NCBI GenBank assembly: GCA_903889905.1
Contig: CAISZI010000053.1
Location: 10,599 to 74,598, forward strand
Origin: Candidatus Wirthbacteria bacterium
GTDB lineage: Bacteria > Patescibacteriota > CG2-30-54-11
Direction: 5' to 3'
DNA length: 64,000 nucleotides
The position numbers were made by a program, and so were the translations under genes. How positions within the stretch are numbered: position 1 is the first letter of the stretch; each line of letters opens with the position of its first letter. The notes beneath the pieces are model-generated. The model ran no database searches. It had not been told where the DNA came from and was given only the letters and a program-made list of their open reading frames with translations. Below, piece after piece: positions 18,403-28,727 of this stretch.

Positions 18403-18421
18403 TAGGGTTGAAATGTCTCTG

Positions 18422-18515
18422 CTGTCATTGCGAGGAAGTCAGCGACGCGGCAATCTTGTTTCTGGTAAAAATAATAACTAGATTGCCACGCCTTGAGACA
18501 AGGCTCGCAATGACA
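18422..18515. repeat. REP-like repeat pair in inverted orientation (units 18422-18455 and 18480-18515)
   Basis: tgtcattgcga-N15-ggcaatct, with its reverse complement 25 bp downstream. Lies between convergent gene ends. Confidence 0.7.
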
Positions 18516-18542
18516 ACGATCGATAGAAACCAGCAGAAAAGA

Positions 18543-19568
18543 TCACCGATTCAGGAAGCTGGCTTTGCGTGCTATGGCGGTGCATTGGTCCAGTTGTTTG
18601 TCGGTGAGTACGCCATTCTCGCGCAGGAAATTGTATTCGAGCTTGATGTTCGTTTCAAAGAAGATAGGGTCGTCGGAGTTGACGGTGAATTTGATGCCGT
18701 GGGCCATCCAGGTGTTGACGACATTTTTGCAGTCTTCGGGACCGTTCAAGAGGCCGAGGATGATGTTTGACGTGGGGCAGAATTCCATGACAATGTCGTG
18801 CTTCTGGATTAGTTCGAGTTCTTCGGGGTGGTGAATGGAATCAATGCCATGGCCAATGCGGTCGGCGCCAAGTTTGGTGATGGCGTCTTTGACGGATAAT
18901 TGTTCCGGACCTTCACCAGCGTGCACGGTAACTCCCAAACCTGCGGCTTTGGCTTTATGAAAAATCGGGGCCATTTCGTCGGCGTTGAACTTGTTGCCCG
19001 AATCCAGGCCCGTGAGGTCAATGCCAACAATGCCACGGCTTTTGTACTTGATGGCCTTGTCCACGGTGATCTCATTGAGGTGGGCGGGGAAACCTTTTTC
19101 GAGGCAAAAAATCAGTCCGACGCGGATTGGATATTCGAGCATGACACGGTCGAGGCCACGCAGCGCGCCGGCAATGATATGGTCGAGGTCCTTTTCGCCT
19201 TTGCGATTTCTCTTCATGGGCGTGAAGCGGATGTCGAGTGTATCGACATTGCATTTGCGGTAGGCTTTGGCGGCCATTTCGTAAATTGTGTGTTCCATGG
19301 CTTCAGGGCTGGACTGGATCATTTCGCACCAGTGGAACGGGTTTTTGGGTGAATGCAGGAATTCGTCCAGATCCATCATTTTGGCGCGCGTAATCGTGAT
19401 GGCGTCCTTGAAATCCCAGTAATCCTCAAAAGGTAACCGAATGCCCTGCTGGTGGGCGATCGTCCACATGGTAGAAGCAGGCAATCCGCCGCCGGCGTGG
19501 ATGTGCAGTTCGGTGAGCGGCTTCCAGGTGGGTTTGAACGGATTGGTGGGAATTTGGGTTGCGTCCAT
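18543..19568 (-). CDS. add: adenosine deaminase
   Basis: Signature HxHxxG (LHIHAGGG), SLGLxHG-like blocks, and C-terminal SDDP. Start set at MDATQIP with RBS GGAG. Confidence 0.8.
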   Translation of the reverse strand: MDATQIPTNPFKPTWKPLTELHIHAGGGLPASTMWTIAHQQGIRLPFEDYWDFKDAITITRAKMMDLDEFLHSPKNPFHWCEMIQSSPEAMEHTIYEMAAKAYRKCNVDTLDIRFTPMKRNRKGEKDLDHIIAGALRGLDRVMLEYPIRVGLIFCLEKGFPAHLNEITVDKAIKYKSRGIVGIDLTGLDSGNKFNADEMAPIFHKAKAAGLGVTVHAGEGPEQLSVKDAITKLGADRIGHGIDSIHHPEELELIQKHDIVMEFCPTSNIILGLLNGPEDCKNVVNTWMAHGIKFTVNSDDPIFFETNIKLEYNFLRENGVLTDKQLDQCTAIARKASFLNR

Positions 19569-19685
19569 AATTTCTCCATAAATGCATGTAATAGTTAACT
19601 CATAATTTATCACCAATACCTGATTTGGTCAAAGATTTAGCGGGGCGGTGGCCGGGGTAAGAGCTTGCCGCGTCAACATGTGGAT

Positions 19686-19713
19686 TTGACAAACAGCCTC
19701 AACCCATTAAAAT
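19686..19713 (+). promoter_or_regulatory. sigma70-like promoter TTGACA-16-TAAAAT
   Basis: Seen directly. About 50 nt upstream of the ATPase ATG. Confidence 0.5.
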
Positions 19714-19762
19714 AGTCGACTGTAACTAACTTTTCAAAACAAACGCAGCAGAAGGAGGCAAG

Positions 19763-20701
19763 ATGATCAAAGTGCAGCATTTGACCAAACACTTTGGCGA
19801 CTTCAAAGCCCTGGATAGCATCACGTTCGAGGTCAAAGCCGGGGAAATCATGGGTTTCCTGGGCCCCAACGGTGCTGGCAAAACCACGACCATGAAAATC
19901 CTGGCCGGCTTTATGCCACCGACGTCGGGCAAAGCCATCGTCAATGACCACAATGTGGAAGAACAAAATCTCGAGATGCGCAAGCAAATTGGCTATCTGC
20001 CCGAGAGCAACCCGCTTTATCTGGATTTCACTGTCGAAGAAGCGCTGCAGTATGTGGCGGCAATGCATGGTCTAAACAAATTTAATACGCGTGAAGCCAT
20101 TGCCCGCGCTGTCGAGCAATGCAGCCTGGAATCTGTTTTTTACAAACAAATTGAAAATCTGTCCAAAGGTTTTCGCCAACGGGTTGGTTTGGCGCAGGCA
20201 CTGCTTTGTGATCCCAAAACATTGATTTTGGACGAGCCGACCGTTGGACTGGATCCCAAACAAATCATCGAAATACGCGAACTGATCCAGAAACTGGGCA
20301 AAAACCGCACCGTGCTCCTGAGCACTCACATCATGCAGGAGGTGCAGGCGATTTGCGACACCGTTACCATCATCCACCAGGGCAAAGTGGTAGCGAGCGG
20401 CACACCCGATGAACTCAAAGCCAAATCCGAAGAATCCATGCTCGGCAATATTTACATCAAACTCGCCGCTGGCACGATCAAAGACACTGAAGCCAAACTT
20501 AGGGAAATCGAAGGTGTGAAACATGTGGTCAAGAAAGATTCTGAGAAAAAAGGCGTTTACGGGTTTACCATTGACGTCGAAAATGGCGTGGATGTGCGGG
20601 AAGCGATTTTTGATGCCGTGGTCAAAAATGGCTGGAAGTTGTACGAAATGACGCCGCAGCAGATCAGCCTTGAGGAAGTGTTTTTGGATGTGACGAAGTA
20701 A
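19763..20701 (+). CDS. ABC transporter ATP-binding protein (ABC-2 / GldA-like)
   Basis: Walker A GPNGAGKTT, signature LSKGFRQRV, Walker B LILDEPTVGLD. RBS GAAGGAGG. Confidence 0.9.
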   Translation: MIKVQHLTKHFGDFKALDSITFEVKAGEIMGFLGPNGAGKTTTMKILAGFMPPTSGKAIVNDHNVEEQNLEMRKQIGYLPESNPLYLDFTVEEALQYVAAMHGLNKFNTREAIARAVEQCSLESVFYKQIENLSKGFRQRVGLAQALLCDPKTLILDEPTVGLDPKQIIEIRELIQKLGKNRTVLLSTHIMQEVQAICDTVTIIHQGKVVASGTPDELKAKSEESMLGNIYIKLAAGTIKDTEAKLREIEGVKHVVKKDSEKKGVYGFTIDVENGVDVREAIFDAVVKNGWKLYEMTPQQISLEEVFLDVTK

Positions 20702-20719
20702 GTTTATCTTTTTTGGGTC

Positions 20720-20754
20720 ATGCCGAACTTGATTCGGCATCTCGTTTTTTTTTC
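20720..20754 (+). terminator. intrinsic terminator/attenuator inside the ABC cluster
   Basis: atgccgaa-cttga-ttcggcat followed by T9, 19 nt after the ATPase stop. Confidence 0.65.
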
Positions 20755-20862
20755 TGATAGGGTGCTAGATGCTGAATTAAGTTCAGCATGACATCAGAAT
20801 GTTGACTCTGGAAGACAGCCTAATCATATTAGTTATCCCATCGCATGTTTCAAGGAGACCTT

Positions 20863-21567
20863 ATGACTTCGATCTGGACCATCACCAAAAAAGAGCTGCG
20901 GCACTATTTCAACTCGCCGATTGCTTATGTCATCCTGTTTATTTACCTCGCCATCAGCGGGTACTTTTTTGCCTACAACCTGTTTTTGAACGGCGTCGTG
21001 TCAATGCGCAGCTATCTGCAGACGATTCCGTTGATTCTGTTGTTCTTTGTCCCGGCGCTTTCCATGCGTTTACTGGCCGAAGAACGCAAGACAGGAACGC
21101 TGGAACATCTGGTCACGCTGCCGGTGAGTGATATTGAAATCCTGCTGGGTAAATTTTTGGGAGCGTTGTCATTTTATGTGGTCATGGTGGGCATTACTTT
21201 TATCTATCCGGTGGCGCTCAGCACGTTGGGCAAACTTGACTGGGGGCCGGTGATCGGAGGCTACATCGGGTTGGTGTTTCTCGGCGCCTGCATCATTGGC
21301 ATTGGTTTGTTTGCTTCTTCGCTTACCTCCAACCAGATTGTGGCGTTTATCGTCGCCTTTGCCATTGGTTTTGTGCTGTACCTGGTGGGCCAATCCACAC
21401 AATATATCCCGGCGGTCGCGGGACTCGTGGACTTCCTTGGGTTTACCTCGCATTTCAATAACATTTCAACTGGCATCATTGATTCACGCGACGTGCTGTA
21501 CTACCTGTCGCTGATCACGCTGATGTTGTTTCTGACCCTGCAAAGTTTACTCAATCGCAAGAAGTGA
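20863..21567 (+). CDS. ABC-2 type permease (GldF-like)
   Basis: Six predicted TM helices. Start moved to the second ATG, which is preceded by AAGGAGA. Confidence 0.8.
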   Translation: MTSIWTITKKELRHYFNSPIAYVILFIYLAISGYFFAYNLFLNGVVSMRSYLQTIPLILLFFVPALSMRLLAEERKTGTLEHLVTLPVSDIEILLGKFLGALSFYVVMVGITFIYPVALSTLGKLDWGPVIGGYIGLVFLGACIIGIGLFASSLTSNQIVAFIVAFAIGFVLYLVGQSTQYIPAVAGLVDFLGFTSHFNNISTGIIDSRDVLYYLSLITLMLFLTLQSLLNRKK

Positions 21568-21577
21568 GGAACCCAAG

Positions 21578-23206
21578 ATGAAAAAAATCAAATTCCAACT
21601 CCCCAAACACGTTGAAACTTTTTTTACCTCCTCGACCGCCATCCTGCTGATGGTGGGCATCCTGATCATGGCCAATATCCTGGGCTCGATGTTTTTCGTG
21701 CGTCTCGATTTGACGGCTGACCAGACTTTTACGCTATCCAAGGCCAGCCGCGACCTGGTCGGCAATCTGGATGATAAAGTCATTGCCAAAGCCTACTTTA
21801 GCAAAAATCTGCCCTCACCTTATAACGAAGTGCGCCAATACCTGGTGGACAAGCTGGCCGATTACAAACAGTACAGCAAAGGCAAGTTCGATTATCAAAT
21901 TATTGATCCAACCGGGAGTACCGAGAAACAGCAGGCAGCCCAGACCGATGGTATTCAACCCTCACAAGTCCAGGTGGTGAAACAGGATCAGGCGAGTTCA
22001 CAGATCGCCTATATGGGTGTGGTTTTTCTCTATGGCGGCAAACAGGAAACGGTAGCGCAACTGCAAAGCACTGACGGCATGGAATACACACTGACCAGCA
22101 CCATCAAAAAACTGGTGCAACCCAAAGCGATTACGGTGGGCATTCTCCAGGACAGTACTGCGACCGGAACGTTTGCCACAGAATATTCGGAAGCGAACGC
22201 GAGCTTGCAGCAGCTTTATACAACCCAAAATGTGACGGCAGCCAATATTCCCAGCGACCTGGCCGTGCTGATTGTGGCGGGGGTGACGAGCAAATTGCCG
22301 GATGCGACACTGTATGCCATTGACCAGGCGGTGATGCGTGGAACCAAGGTTCTCTTTATGGTGGACACCTCCAGTATCGACATGAGTTATATGACGGCCT
22401 CTGCCCTTGATAGCGGCCTGGTGCCGATGCTCGCAAGTTATGGCGTGACCATCAATAACGACCTGGTACTGGATACGCAGGCGGAAACGGTTTCCATTGG
22501 TGTTGGTCAGGGTGGGTATAGTGTGGCTGTGCAGTATCCCTATGTACCCTATGTTACGACGTTTGGTTCAAGTTTGGTCACCACTGGCCTCAAATCGACG
22601 TCCATGGCTTTTGCCAGTAGTCTGACGGTTGGCAGCGACTTGCCCAAAGGACTCAATGTCGACAAATTGATCATGACTGGTAAAACCAGCTGGAGACTCA
22701 GCGGTCAGTACAACCTTGACCCTTTTCAACAGTTTGCGACCGGGTCTGATCGTGGTCCGTTTGCGTTGGCTGTTTCCCTGCAGGGACCATTGACGAGTTA
22801 TTTCAAAGGGAAAACGCAACCAACCGCAACAGCCCCGGCCAGTGCGACGACTTCCACCACCACCGTTACGACGCCAGCTGCCCGCGTGGACAGTGTTGCC
22901 ACGAATCGCATGATTGTGGTGGGGTCATCCAAATTCGTCAAACACGGTACGATTCTCAATGGCGACAACGTGACCTTTTTTGCCAATGCCATCGATTGGC
23001 TCGCCCAGGATGACGGTATGATTTCGATTCGGGCTAAAGGTGGCGCCGTACCGCATATCAAGCAAGTCGACGATCTCACGCGAAACGTGATCAAATGGGG
23101 ACTCTTCCTGGGATTACCAGTGATTGTCTTTGTTCTGGCGATCATTCGTTTCCGCATCCGCCAGAAACGCATGCAGCGCAAATATCATGTCGCCAAATCC
23201 GTTTAA
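21578..23206 (+). CDS. GldG-like ABC-transporter auxiliary protein
   Basis: N- and C-terminal TM anchors around a large extracytoplasmic domain. Classic position after an ABC-2 permease. Confidence 0.7.
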   Translation: MKKIKFQLPKHVETFFTSSTAILLMVGILIMANILGSMFFVRLDLTADQTFTLSKASRDLVGNLDDKVIAKAYFSKNLPSPYNEVRQYLVDKLADYKQYSKGKFDYQIIDPTGSTEKQQAAQTDGIQPSQVQVVKQDQASSQIAYMGVVFLYGGKQETVAQLQSTDGMEYTLTSTIKKLVQPKAITVGILQDSTATGTFATEYSEANASLQQLYTTQNVTAANIPSDLAVLIVAGVTSKLPDATLYAIDQAVMRGTKVLFMVDTSSIDMSYMTASALDSGLVPMLASYGVTINNDLVLDTQAETVSIGVGQGGYSVAVQYPYVPYVTTFGSSLVTTGLKSTSMAFASSLTVGSDLPKGLNVDKLIMTGKTSWRLSGQYNLDPFQQFATGSDRGPFALAVSLQGPLTSYFKGKTQPTATAPASATTSTTTVTTPAARVDSVATNRMIVVGSSKFVKHGTILNGDNVTFFANAIDWLAQDDGMISIRAKGGAVPHIKQVDDLTRNVIKWGLFLGLPVIVFVLAIIRFRIRQKRMQRKYHVAKSV

Positions 23207-23227
23207 CTTTGTCAGGGGAAACCTGTT

Positions 23228-24166
23228 ATGAAACCCAAATATCTGCTCGTACTGCTCGTGGTTTTTGTTGGTCTGTTTGCCATCGTCAAGGGGTCGGAGC
23301 TATTGAAGGGTAATGAAGGCCAGGCACAAGTCCGGACGTTTTTAAAGGTAAGTGCCAGCACCTATAATAAAATTTCCATTGTACAGCCCAGCCAGACGCA
23401 GGTGCTGCAGAAAAGCGGGAACAGTTGGGAACTGACGACCCCGATCACGTACCCGGTAATGCAATCGGCCATGGACACCGTGGTGAGCGCACTGGCCAAC
23501 CTGCAGAGCGACGACATCGTCTCCAGCAATGCCAGCAAAAAGGCAACCTATGGCGTGGATGACCAGACCGGGGTCAAAATCATTTTGACTCAAAACAACA
23601 AAGAAGTCGCGCAATTTATGCTTGGCAATGCCTCCACCGATGGCAATCATACCTATGCGACGTTGGTTAACAGCAATGATATTCACGCGGTCAGGGGAAA
23701 TTTGCGGGACTCCCTGGTCAAGGACACCAGCAGCTGGAGAGATAAAACCATTCTTGCCTTGCAATCAGGCAATGTCAGCACGGCGCAGTTTGTGCATAGT
23801 GCCGGCGACAGTTTTCGTTTGACAGCCGATGGTCAGGGTAATTACTCGCTCGATGGCAATACCAAAACAGTCAACGTCACGAAAATGAGTACGCTCACGT
23901 CCTATGTCACGACGTTGCTGGCCTCCGCCTTTGTCGATGATCCCGCCACCGTCAAGTTGAGTAGCACCCCTGATTTGCGCATGGTGATTGCCACCAAGGA
24001 CAACAATACGATCAATGTTTCGCTCTGGAAAGTTGGGACTTCCTATTATGCACAGAAAAATGGCACAGGGCAGCTTTATCAGGTGGACCAGACGACTTAT
24101 GATGGTGTGAATACCAGTCTGACTGATCTACTTTCTGCAGCGACCTCGACTACCACCACGCCATAA
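23228..24166 (+). CDS. DUF4340-like periplasmic/secreted protein
   Basis: Signal-anchor, Ser/Thr-rich C-terminus, and the usual position after the GldG-like gene. Confidence 0.55.
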   Translation: MKPKYLLVLLVVFVGLFAIVKGSELLKGNEGQAQVRTFLKVSASTYNKISIVQPSQTQVLQKSGNSWELTTPITYPVMQSAMDTVVSALANLQSDDIVSSNASKKATYGVDDQTGVKIILTQNNKEVAQFMLGNASTDGNHTYATLVNSNDIHAVRGNLRDSLVKDTSSWRDKTILALQSGNVSTAQFVHSAGDSFRLTADGQGNYSLDGNTKTVNVTKMSTLTSYVTTLLASAFVDDPATVKLSSTPDLRMVIATKDNNTINVSLWKVGTSYYAQKNGTGQLYQVDQTTYDGVNTSLTDLLSAATSTTTTP

Positions 24167-24218
24167 TCTGCCTCCCCCAAAACCCCGAATCCATCGGGGT
24201 TTTTTAAACAGCAAGGCC

Positions 24219-25664
24219 ATGATGTTCCATGAGTTACTCGCCAAAATCGTCCACGGTAAGCTCAATCGATCGGTTTTGCTGGTTTTGGTGGGACTGTTGT
24301 TGGGCGGGTTGTTTTTGCTCAAAGGCAAAATTACGGGCGACGGCTGGTCGTATTATGCCTGGCTGCGGTCGCCACTGGTGGACGGTAATTTTGACTTCAC
24401 CAACGAGTATAAGGATTTCAATAACCAGGCTTACTGGACGGCGGTGAGTGAACGCACGTCAACGGGCTTGGTTGCCAATCCTTTCTCCATCGGGCCAGCC
24501 ATGCTCTGGGCGCCATGGTTTGGTGTCGGCTGGGTAGCCACGACCATCACCGCGCCGTTGTTACATTTGCCCAATGACGGCTATTCGTTTTTTTACCAGC
24601 TGTTTATTCCGCTTGGGACGTATTGCTATGCCATCATGGGCGTGTTTTACCTCTACCGGCTGGTACGGTTTTTTGCTGATGAAAGCATTGCCTGGTGGAG
24701 CGTGATCGGGGTGACGGTCGGTGCCATGTTGCTCAATTATCTTTTCAATGAACCGGTGTCGTCGCATCCGTTGTCTTTTTTTGGCATCAGTCTGCTCTAC
24801 TGGTATTGGCTCCAGACAAAGTATTTCAAAGAAGACTCGGATGCACTCCTGGGAGGTTTGTGGGGCGGCATGGTTTGTCTGATCCGGTGGCAGCAGGTTA
24901 TCTTTTTGCTTCCCATCTTCATCTATCTGCTAGTGGTGAAACGCCGGCTGTGGCAGGTGCTTTTTTTTGGTCTTGGTGCCTTGGCACTGGGCATTTGGCA
25001 ACTGATCGCCTGGAAGATTATTTATGGCAGCTTTTTCGTGCTGCCGCAGGGCGCGGGGTATTTTATACCGGTAACCCATGTCGGCGAGTGGTTACTGAAC
25101 ACGCTGCGGCTGTGGTTCAGTCCCAATCACGGTTTGTTCTTCTGGACACCCATCACGTTACTGGGATTAGTCGGACTTGGCTTTATGTGGAAGCAAAAGC
25201 GAGTCTGGGCAATCACGTTTTTGGGCTTGTTTGTGTTAAGTTCGCTGGTCAATTCAATGGTCTGGGAGTTCTATGGCGGCTGGGCCTTTGGCGCGCGCCG
25301 TATGGCTGAGATGTTGCCGCTTTTGGCCATCGGGCTTTCCGCGCTGTGGCAACGTGTCAATAACCGCAAAATCATGATCGGCACGACGCTCGTTTTGTGT
25401 GGGTGGAACGTTCTGCTCTGGTTGCAGTTTGTGGCTGGCAAAATCGACCCGACCGGTCCGCTTAAATTTCCTGGTTGGATCATTGGACAAATCACCCATG
25501 CTTCTGCCGGACTTGTCAAAGCGGTTGGCCAGAGCGTGGTGATGAGCAATGTGTATTATGGGTTTGCCAAAAATCCGCTTTATTTCGCCTATAGTCTGCT
25601 GGCCGTGGTGTGTATTGTGCTGACGTTTGTTGTTATTCTAAAGATACAGGCGGAGCAGGACTAG
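24219..25664 (+). CDS. polytopic membrane protein, GT-C/PMT/ArnT-like glycosyltransferase fold (hypothetical)
   Basis: 12 or more predicted TM helices with aromatic-rich loops. Confidence 0.45.
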   Translation: MMFHELLAKIVHGKLNRSVLLVLVGLLLGGLFLLKGKITGDGWSYYAWLRSPLVDGNFDFTNEYKDFNNQAYWTAVSERTSTGLVANPFSIGPAMLWAPWFGVGWVATTITAPLLHLPNDGYSFFYQLFIPLGTYCYAIMGVFYLYRLVRFFADESIAWWSVIGVTVGAMLLNYLFNEPVSSHPLSFFGISLLYWYWLQTKYFKEDSDALLGGLWGGMVCLIRWQQVIFLLPIFIYLLVVKRRLWQVLFFGLGALALGIWQLIAWKIIYGSFFVLPQGAGYFIPVTHVGEWLLNTLRLWFSPNHGLFFWTPITLLGLVGLGFMWKQKRVWAITFLGLFVLSSLVNSMVWEFYGGWAFGARRMAEMLPLLAIGLSALWQRVNNRKIMIGTTLVLCGWNVLLWLQFVAGKIDPTGPLKFPGWIIGQITHASAGLVKAVGQSVVMSNVYYGFAKNPLYFAYSLLAVVCIVLTFVVILKIQAEQD

Positions 25665-25748
25665 GGTTGAAACTACTCCCTACCGGGCCTCCACCCGCTG
25701 CTGCAGGGGAGGGATATGAAACTCAATTTTCCCGCCCCTGTGCTTCAC

Positions 25749-25768
25749 GGGGGAGGGCAGGGTGGGGG
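25749..25768 (+). other. G-quadruplex-forming motif GGGGGAGGGCAGGGTGGGGG
   Basis: Four G3+ runs with 1-2 nt loops, 7 bp beyond the stop of the minus-strand zinc-ribbon gene. Confidence 0.4.
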
Positions 25769-25774
25769 TAGTTT

Positions 25775-25981
25775 TCAGACTGTCGTCTTTTGCGCCCGTT
25801 CGATCTTCTTGATCCTTGTCTCGAGTTTGGAACGTTCCAGCAAAACTTTGTGGCCACAGGTGTCGCAGGTGATGCCAATGTCGGCGCCAATGCGGACCAC
25901 GCTCCAGACCAGGCCGCCGCAGGGGTGCTTTTTTTTGAGCGTGAGTTTGTCGTCAAGGTTAAGGAGAAGGAGAGGGGACAT
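25775..25981 (-). CDS. small zinc-ribbon protein (68 aa)
   Basis: HPC...(18)...CDTCGH. Sits immediately downstream of lon. Confidence 0.45.
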   Translation of the reverse strand: MSPLLLLNLDDKLTLKKKHPCGGLVWSVVRIGADIGITCDTCGHKVLLERSKLETRIKKIERAQKTTV

Positions 25982-26089
25982 GGTGGTTTATAAAGTCATT
26001 AAGTTTGTAAAGTTGTAAAGTGGAAGGGAAAATCTCCACCTTGGGGTGGACTAATCCTCCTGTGCCCCCTTAAGGGGGGTAGGAGTTTC

Positions 26090-26121
26090 GTTATTGCGAG
26101 GAGGCAGCGACGAAGCAATCC
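26090..26121 (+). repeat. single REP-like repeat copy
   Basis: ttattgcgaggaggcagcgacgaagcaatcc, preceded by the hairpin ctcct-gtg-ccccc-ttaa-ggggg-gt-aggag. Confidence 0.55.
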
Positions 26122-26171
26122 TTCAGTAGTGGCAAATTGTAAGTTTCTGGAGAGAGAAACAGAAGGAAAGG

Positions 26172-28727
26172 TCAGGTTGAAACTTTTGCTGCGGGTTTGT
26201 GTTTGATCCTGGGTTTTTTGGGGATGGGTAAGGGGTTGGAGAGGACGAGGGACAGGACTTCGTCCATGTTGCGGACGAGGTGAAGTTGCATGCGGGAGCG
26301 GATATTGGTAGGAATGTCTTCGATGTCGGATTCGTTTTTGGCGGGGAGGACCACCGTCTTGATGCCGGCACGGTGGGCGGCGAGGACTTTTTCCTTGAGC
26401 CCGCCGATGGGCAGGACGTGGCCGCGCAAAGTGATTTCGCCGGTCATGGCGATCTCGGACGACACGGTCCGCTTGGTCAGCGCCGAGATGATGGCCGTGG
26501 CAATGGCGATGCCGGCAGATGGCCCGTCTTTGGGCACAGCGCCTTCGGGAACGTGAATGTGTAAATCGAGCTTTTCGTTAAAATCCTTAGGCAGTTTGAA
26601 CTGTTTTTCACGGGCACGAATATAACTGAGTGCCGCTTTGGCGGATTCCTGCATGACTTCGCCCAGCTGTCCGGTGATAGTGAGCACGCCTTTGCCTGGC
26701 ATGGTGGCAACTTCGATCGGGAGCAGCACTCCGCCCACTTCTGTCCAGGCCAGGCCGGTGGCGATACCGATCTGGTCGGATTTTTCCTTGTCATCGGCCT
26801 GGAATTTGGGTGGGCCTAGATATTTGTGCAGCAGTTTGGTGGTGATTGTCGTCGTAAGTTCCGGCGTCTTGTCTTCGGCATCGACGATGGCGCGGACGAG
26901 TTTGCGGCAGATTTTGGCGAGCATTTTTTCCAGATTGCGGACACCGGCTTCACGTGTGTAGTCGCGGATGATGGCACGCAGCATGGCGTCAGTGAATTCG
27001 GGTTTGCTTTGCTTCCCCAGGTTGTGTTCGGCAATGATTTTGGGGAGCAGGTGATGGCGGGCGATTTCGATTTTTTCTTCTTCGGTGTAACTGTAAAGCG
27101 GGATGATTTCAAGCCGGTCAATGAGGGGCTCGGGAATGGAGTACAAAAAGTTAGCGGTGGTGATGAACAACACTTTGGACAGGTCAAAAGGCACTTCCAG
27201 AAAGTGGTCGACAAATTCGCTGTTTTGTTCGGGATCCAACACCTCGAGCAGTGCCGCGGTGGGGTCGCCACGCAGGTCGCTGTCCATCTTGTCGACTTCA
27301 TCGAGCAGGATGAGCGGGTTAACGACACCAGCCGTTTTCATGCCTTTGATGATGCGGCCCGGTAGCGCGCCAATGTAGGTGCGACGGTGGCCACGCACTT
27401 CGGCTTCGTCGCGTACGCCGCCGAGGGAAATGCGGATGTATTTGCGGCCGAGCGCGGCCGCCACGGATTTGGCCAGTGACGTTTTGCCAGTACCGGGCGG
27501 GCCCACGAGGCAAAGAATCGGGCCTTTGGCGTCGGGTGAGAGTTTGCGCACGGCCAAATACTCGAGGATGCGTTCTTTGACCTTGTCCAGGCCATAATGG
27601 TCGTGGTCGAGGATGCGGGAGGCTGCCTTGAGGTCAAATTTTTCGGGTGATTTTTTGAACCAGGGTAAATCAAAGATCAAATCGAGATAGGATCGGATGA
27701 GTCCTGCTTCGGGTGAAAACGAGGGCATTTTCTTCAGCCGGTTGATTTCTTCTTTGGCCTGTTTGGCGGCCGCAGCGTTGAGTTTAAGCGTGTCTACTTT
27801 GAGCAGCATGGTTTCAAATTCACCTTCGCCATTACCGTTTTCCTTGAGTTCGTCCTGGATGACCCTCATCTGTTCCTTGAGAAAGTACTCGCGTTCGGCC
27901 TGGCTGAGCTTGTGGCTGGCTTTGGTACGGATTTCATTGCTGAGGAAGTTGACCTGGTATTCTTTTTCGAGGATGGTGCCGATTTTGGAAAGGCGGCGTG
28001 AAACGGTATTGGTCTCAAGGAGTGCCTGTTTTTCATCCATTTCGCCGGGAATGTAAGCAGCAATCAAATTGGAGTATTTGGCAACGTCAGTCAAATTGTC
28101 CATAAGGATGGAGAGTTCTTCGGGTACCTGGGTCATGGATTTGAAATAACGGCTAAGCTGCTGCGTGGCATAACGACGGGCCGCTTCCATGGCGAGTGGG
28201 TTTGCTTCTGCCTGATCTGGGAAAATAGTATAGGCAGCTTCCACCACACCGTCCTCAGTCAAGAAATCATCGACGCGCACACGGGTTGTGCCACTTAGAA
28301 TAAGTCGTACTGAACCGTCGGGCAGGCGAAAATTCTGGTTGATGTCAGCGATTATGCCAACGTCGTAAAGGTCTTTGGCAGGAGTGAGGAAGGTTTTGTC
28401 AGCATTGCGTTGGGTCAGTACCACGACTTGTTTGGTCTCGCCCAGAGCTTTTTCAATCGCCTTGATTGATTCGGAACGCCCAACCACCACCGGCACAATC
28501 ATGTCCGGGAAAGCAACCACATTGCGCAGCGGCAGGAGAGGGAGGTGTTTGATCGGCTCTTGCGGCGTTACGGTGGTCGCAGCAGGATTTGGTTCAATTG
28601 GCGTCGATGCATTGATATTCAGGTTGCTGTCAAAAAACTGAGGGTATTTTTGCTTAAAATCCTGCAGTTCCGGCGACGATGGGGTGGTGTCACGGTTGAG
28701 TATTTTTTGGAACAGCGACTTCAGCAT
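26172..28727 (-). CDS. lon: ATP-dependent Lon protease
   Basis: Lon N-domain ([13 protein letters not shown]), AAA+ Walker [10 protein letters not shown], and C-terminal protease with catalytic PKDGPSAG. A ~60-aa N-terminal extension is present if the first ATG is used. Confidence 0.9.
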   Translation of the reverse strand: MLKSLFQKILNRDTTPSSPELQDFKQKYPQFFDSNLNINASTPIEPNPAATTVTPQEPIKHLPLLPLRNVVAFPDMIVPVVVGRSESIKAIEKALGETKQVVVLTQRNADKTFLTPAKDLYDVGIIADINQNFRLPDGSVRLILSGTTRVRVDDFLTEDGVVEAAYTIFPDQAEANPLAMEAARRYATQQLSRYFKSMTQVPEELSILMDNLTDVAKYSNLIAAYIPGEMDEKQALLETNTVSRRLSKIGTILEKEYQVNFLSNEIRTKASHKLSQAEREYFLKEQMRVIQDELKENGNGEGEFETMLLKVDTLKLNAAAAKQAKEEINRLKKMPSFSPEAGLIRSYLDLIFDLPWFKKSPEKFDLKAASRILDHDHYGLDKVKERILEYLAVRKLSPDAKGPILCLVGPPGTGKTSLAKSVAAALGRKYIRISLGGVRDEAEVRGHRRTYIGALPGRIIKGMKTAGVVNPLILLDEVDKMDSDLRGDPTAALLEVLDPEQNSEFVDHFLEVPFDLSKVLFITTANFLYSIPEPLIDRLEIIPLYSYTEEEKIEIARHHLLPKIIAEHNLGKQSKPEFTDAMLRAIIRDYTREAGVRNLEKMLAKICRKLVRAIVDAEDKTPELTTTITTKLLHKYLGPPKFQADDKEKSDQIGIATGLAWTEVGGVLLPIEVATMPGKGVLTITGQLGEVMQESAKAALSYIRAREKQFKLPKDFNEKLDLHIHVPEGAVPKDGPSAGIAIATAIISALTKRTVSSEIAMTGEITLRGHVLPIGGLKEKVLAAHRAGIKTVVLPAKNESDIEDIPTNIRSRMQLHLVRNMDEVLSLVLSNPLPIPKKPRIKHKPAAKVST

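Noticed and set aside
18413-25676. Shared 11-mer tagggttgaaa after two stop codons (18413 and 25663)
   Set aside because: Hundreds of 11-mer coincidences are expected by chance in 64 kb. No extended similarity.
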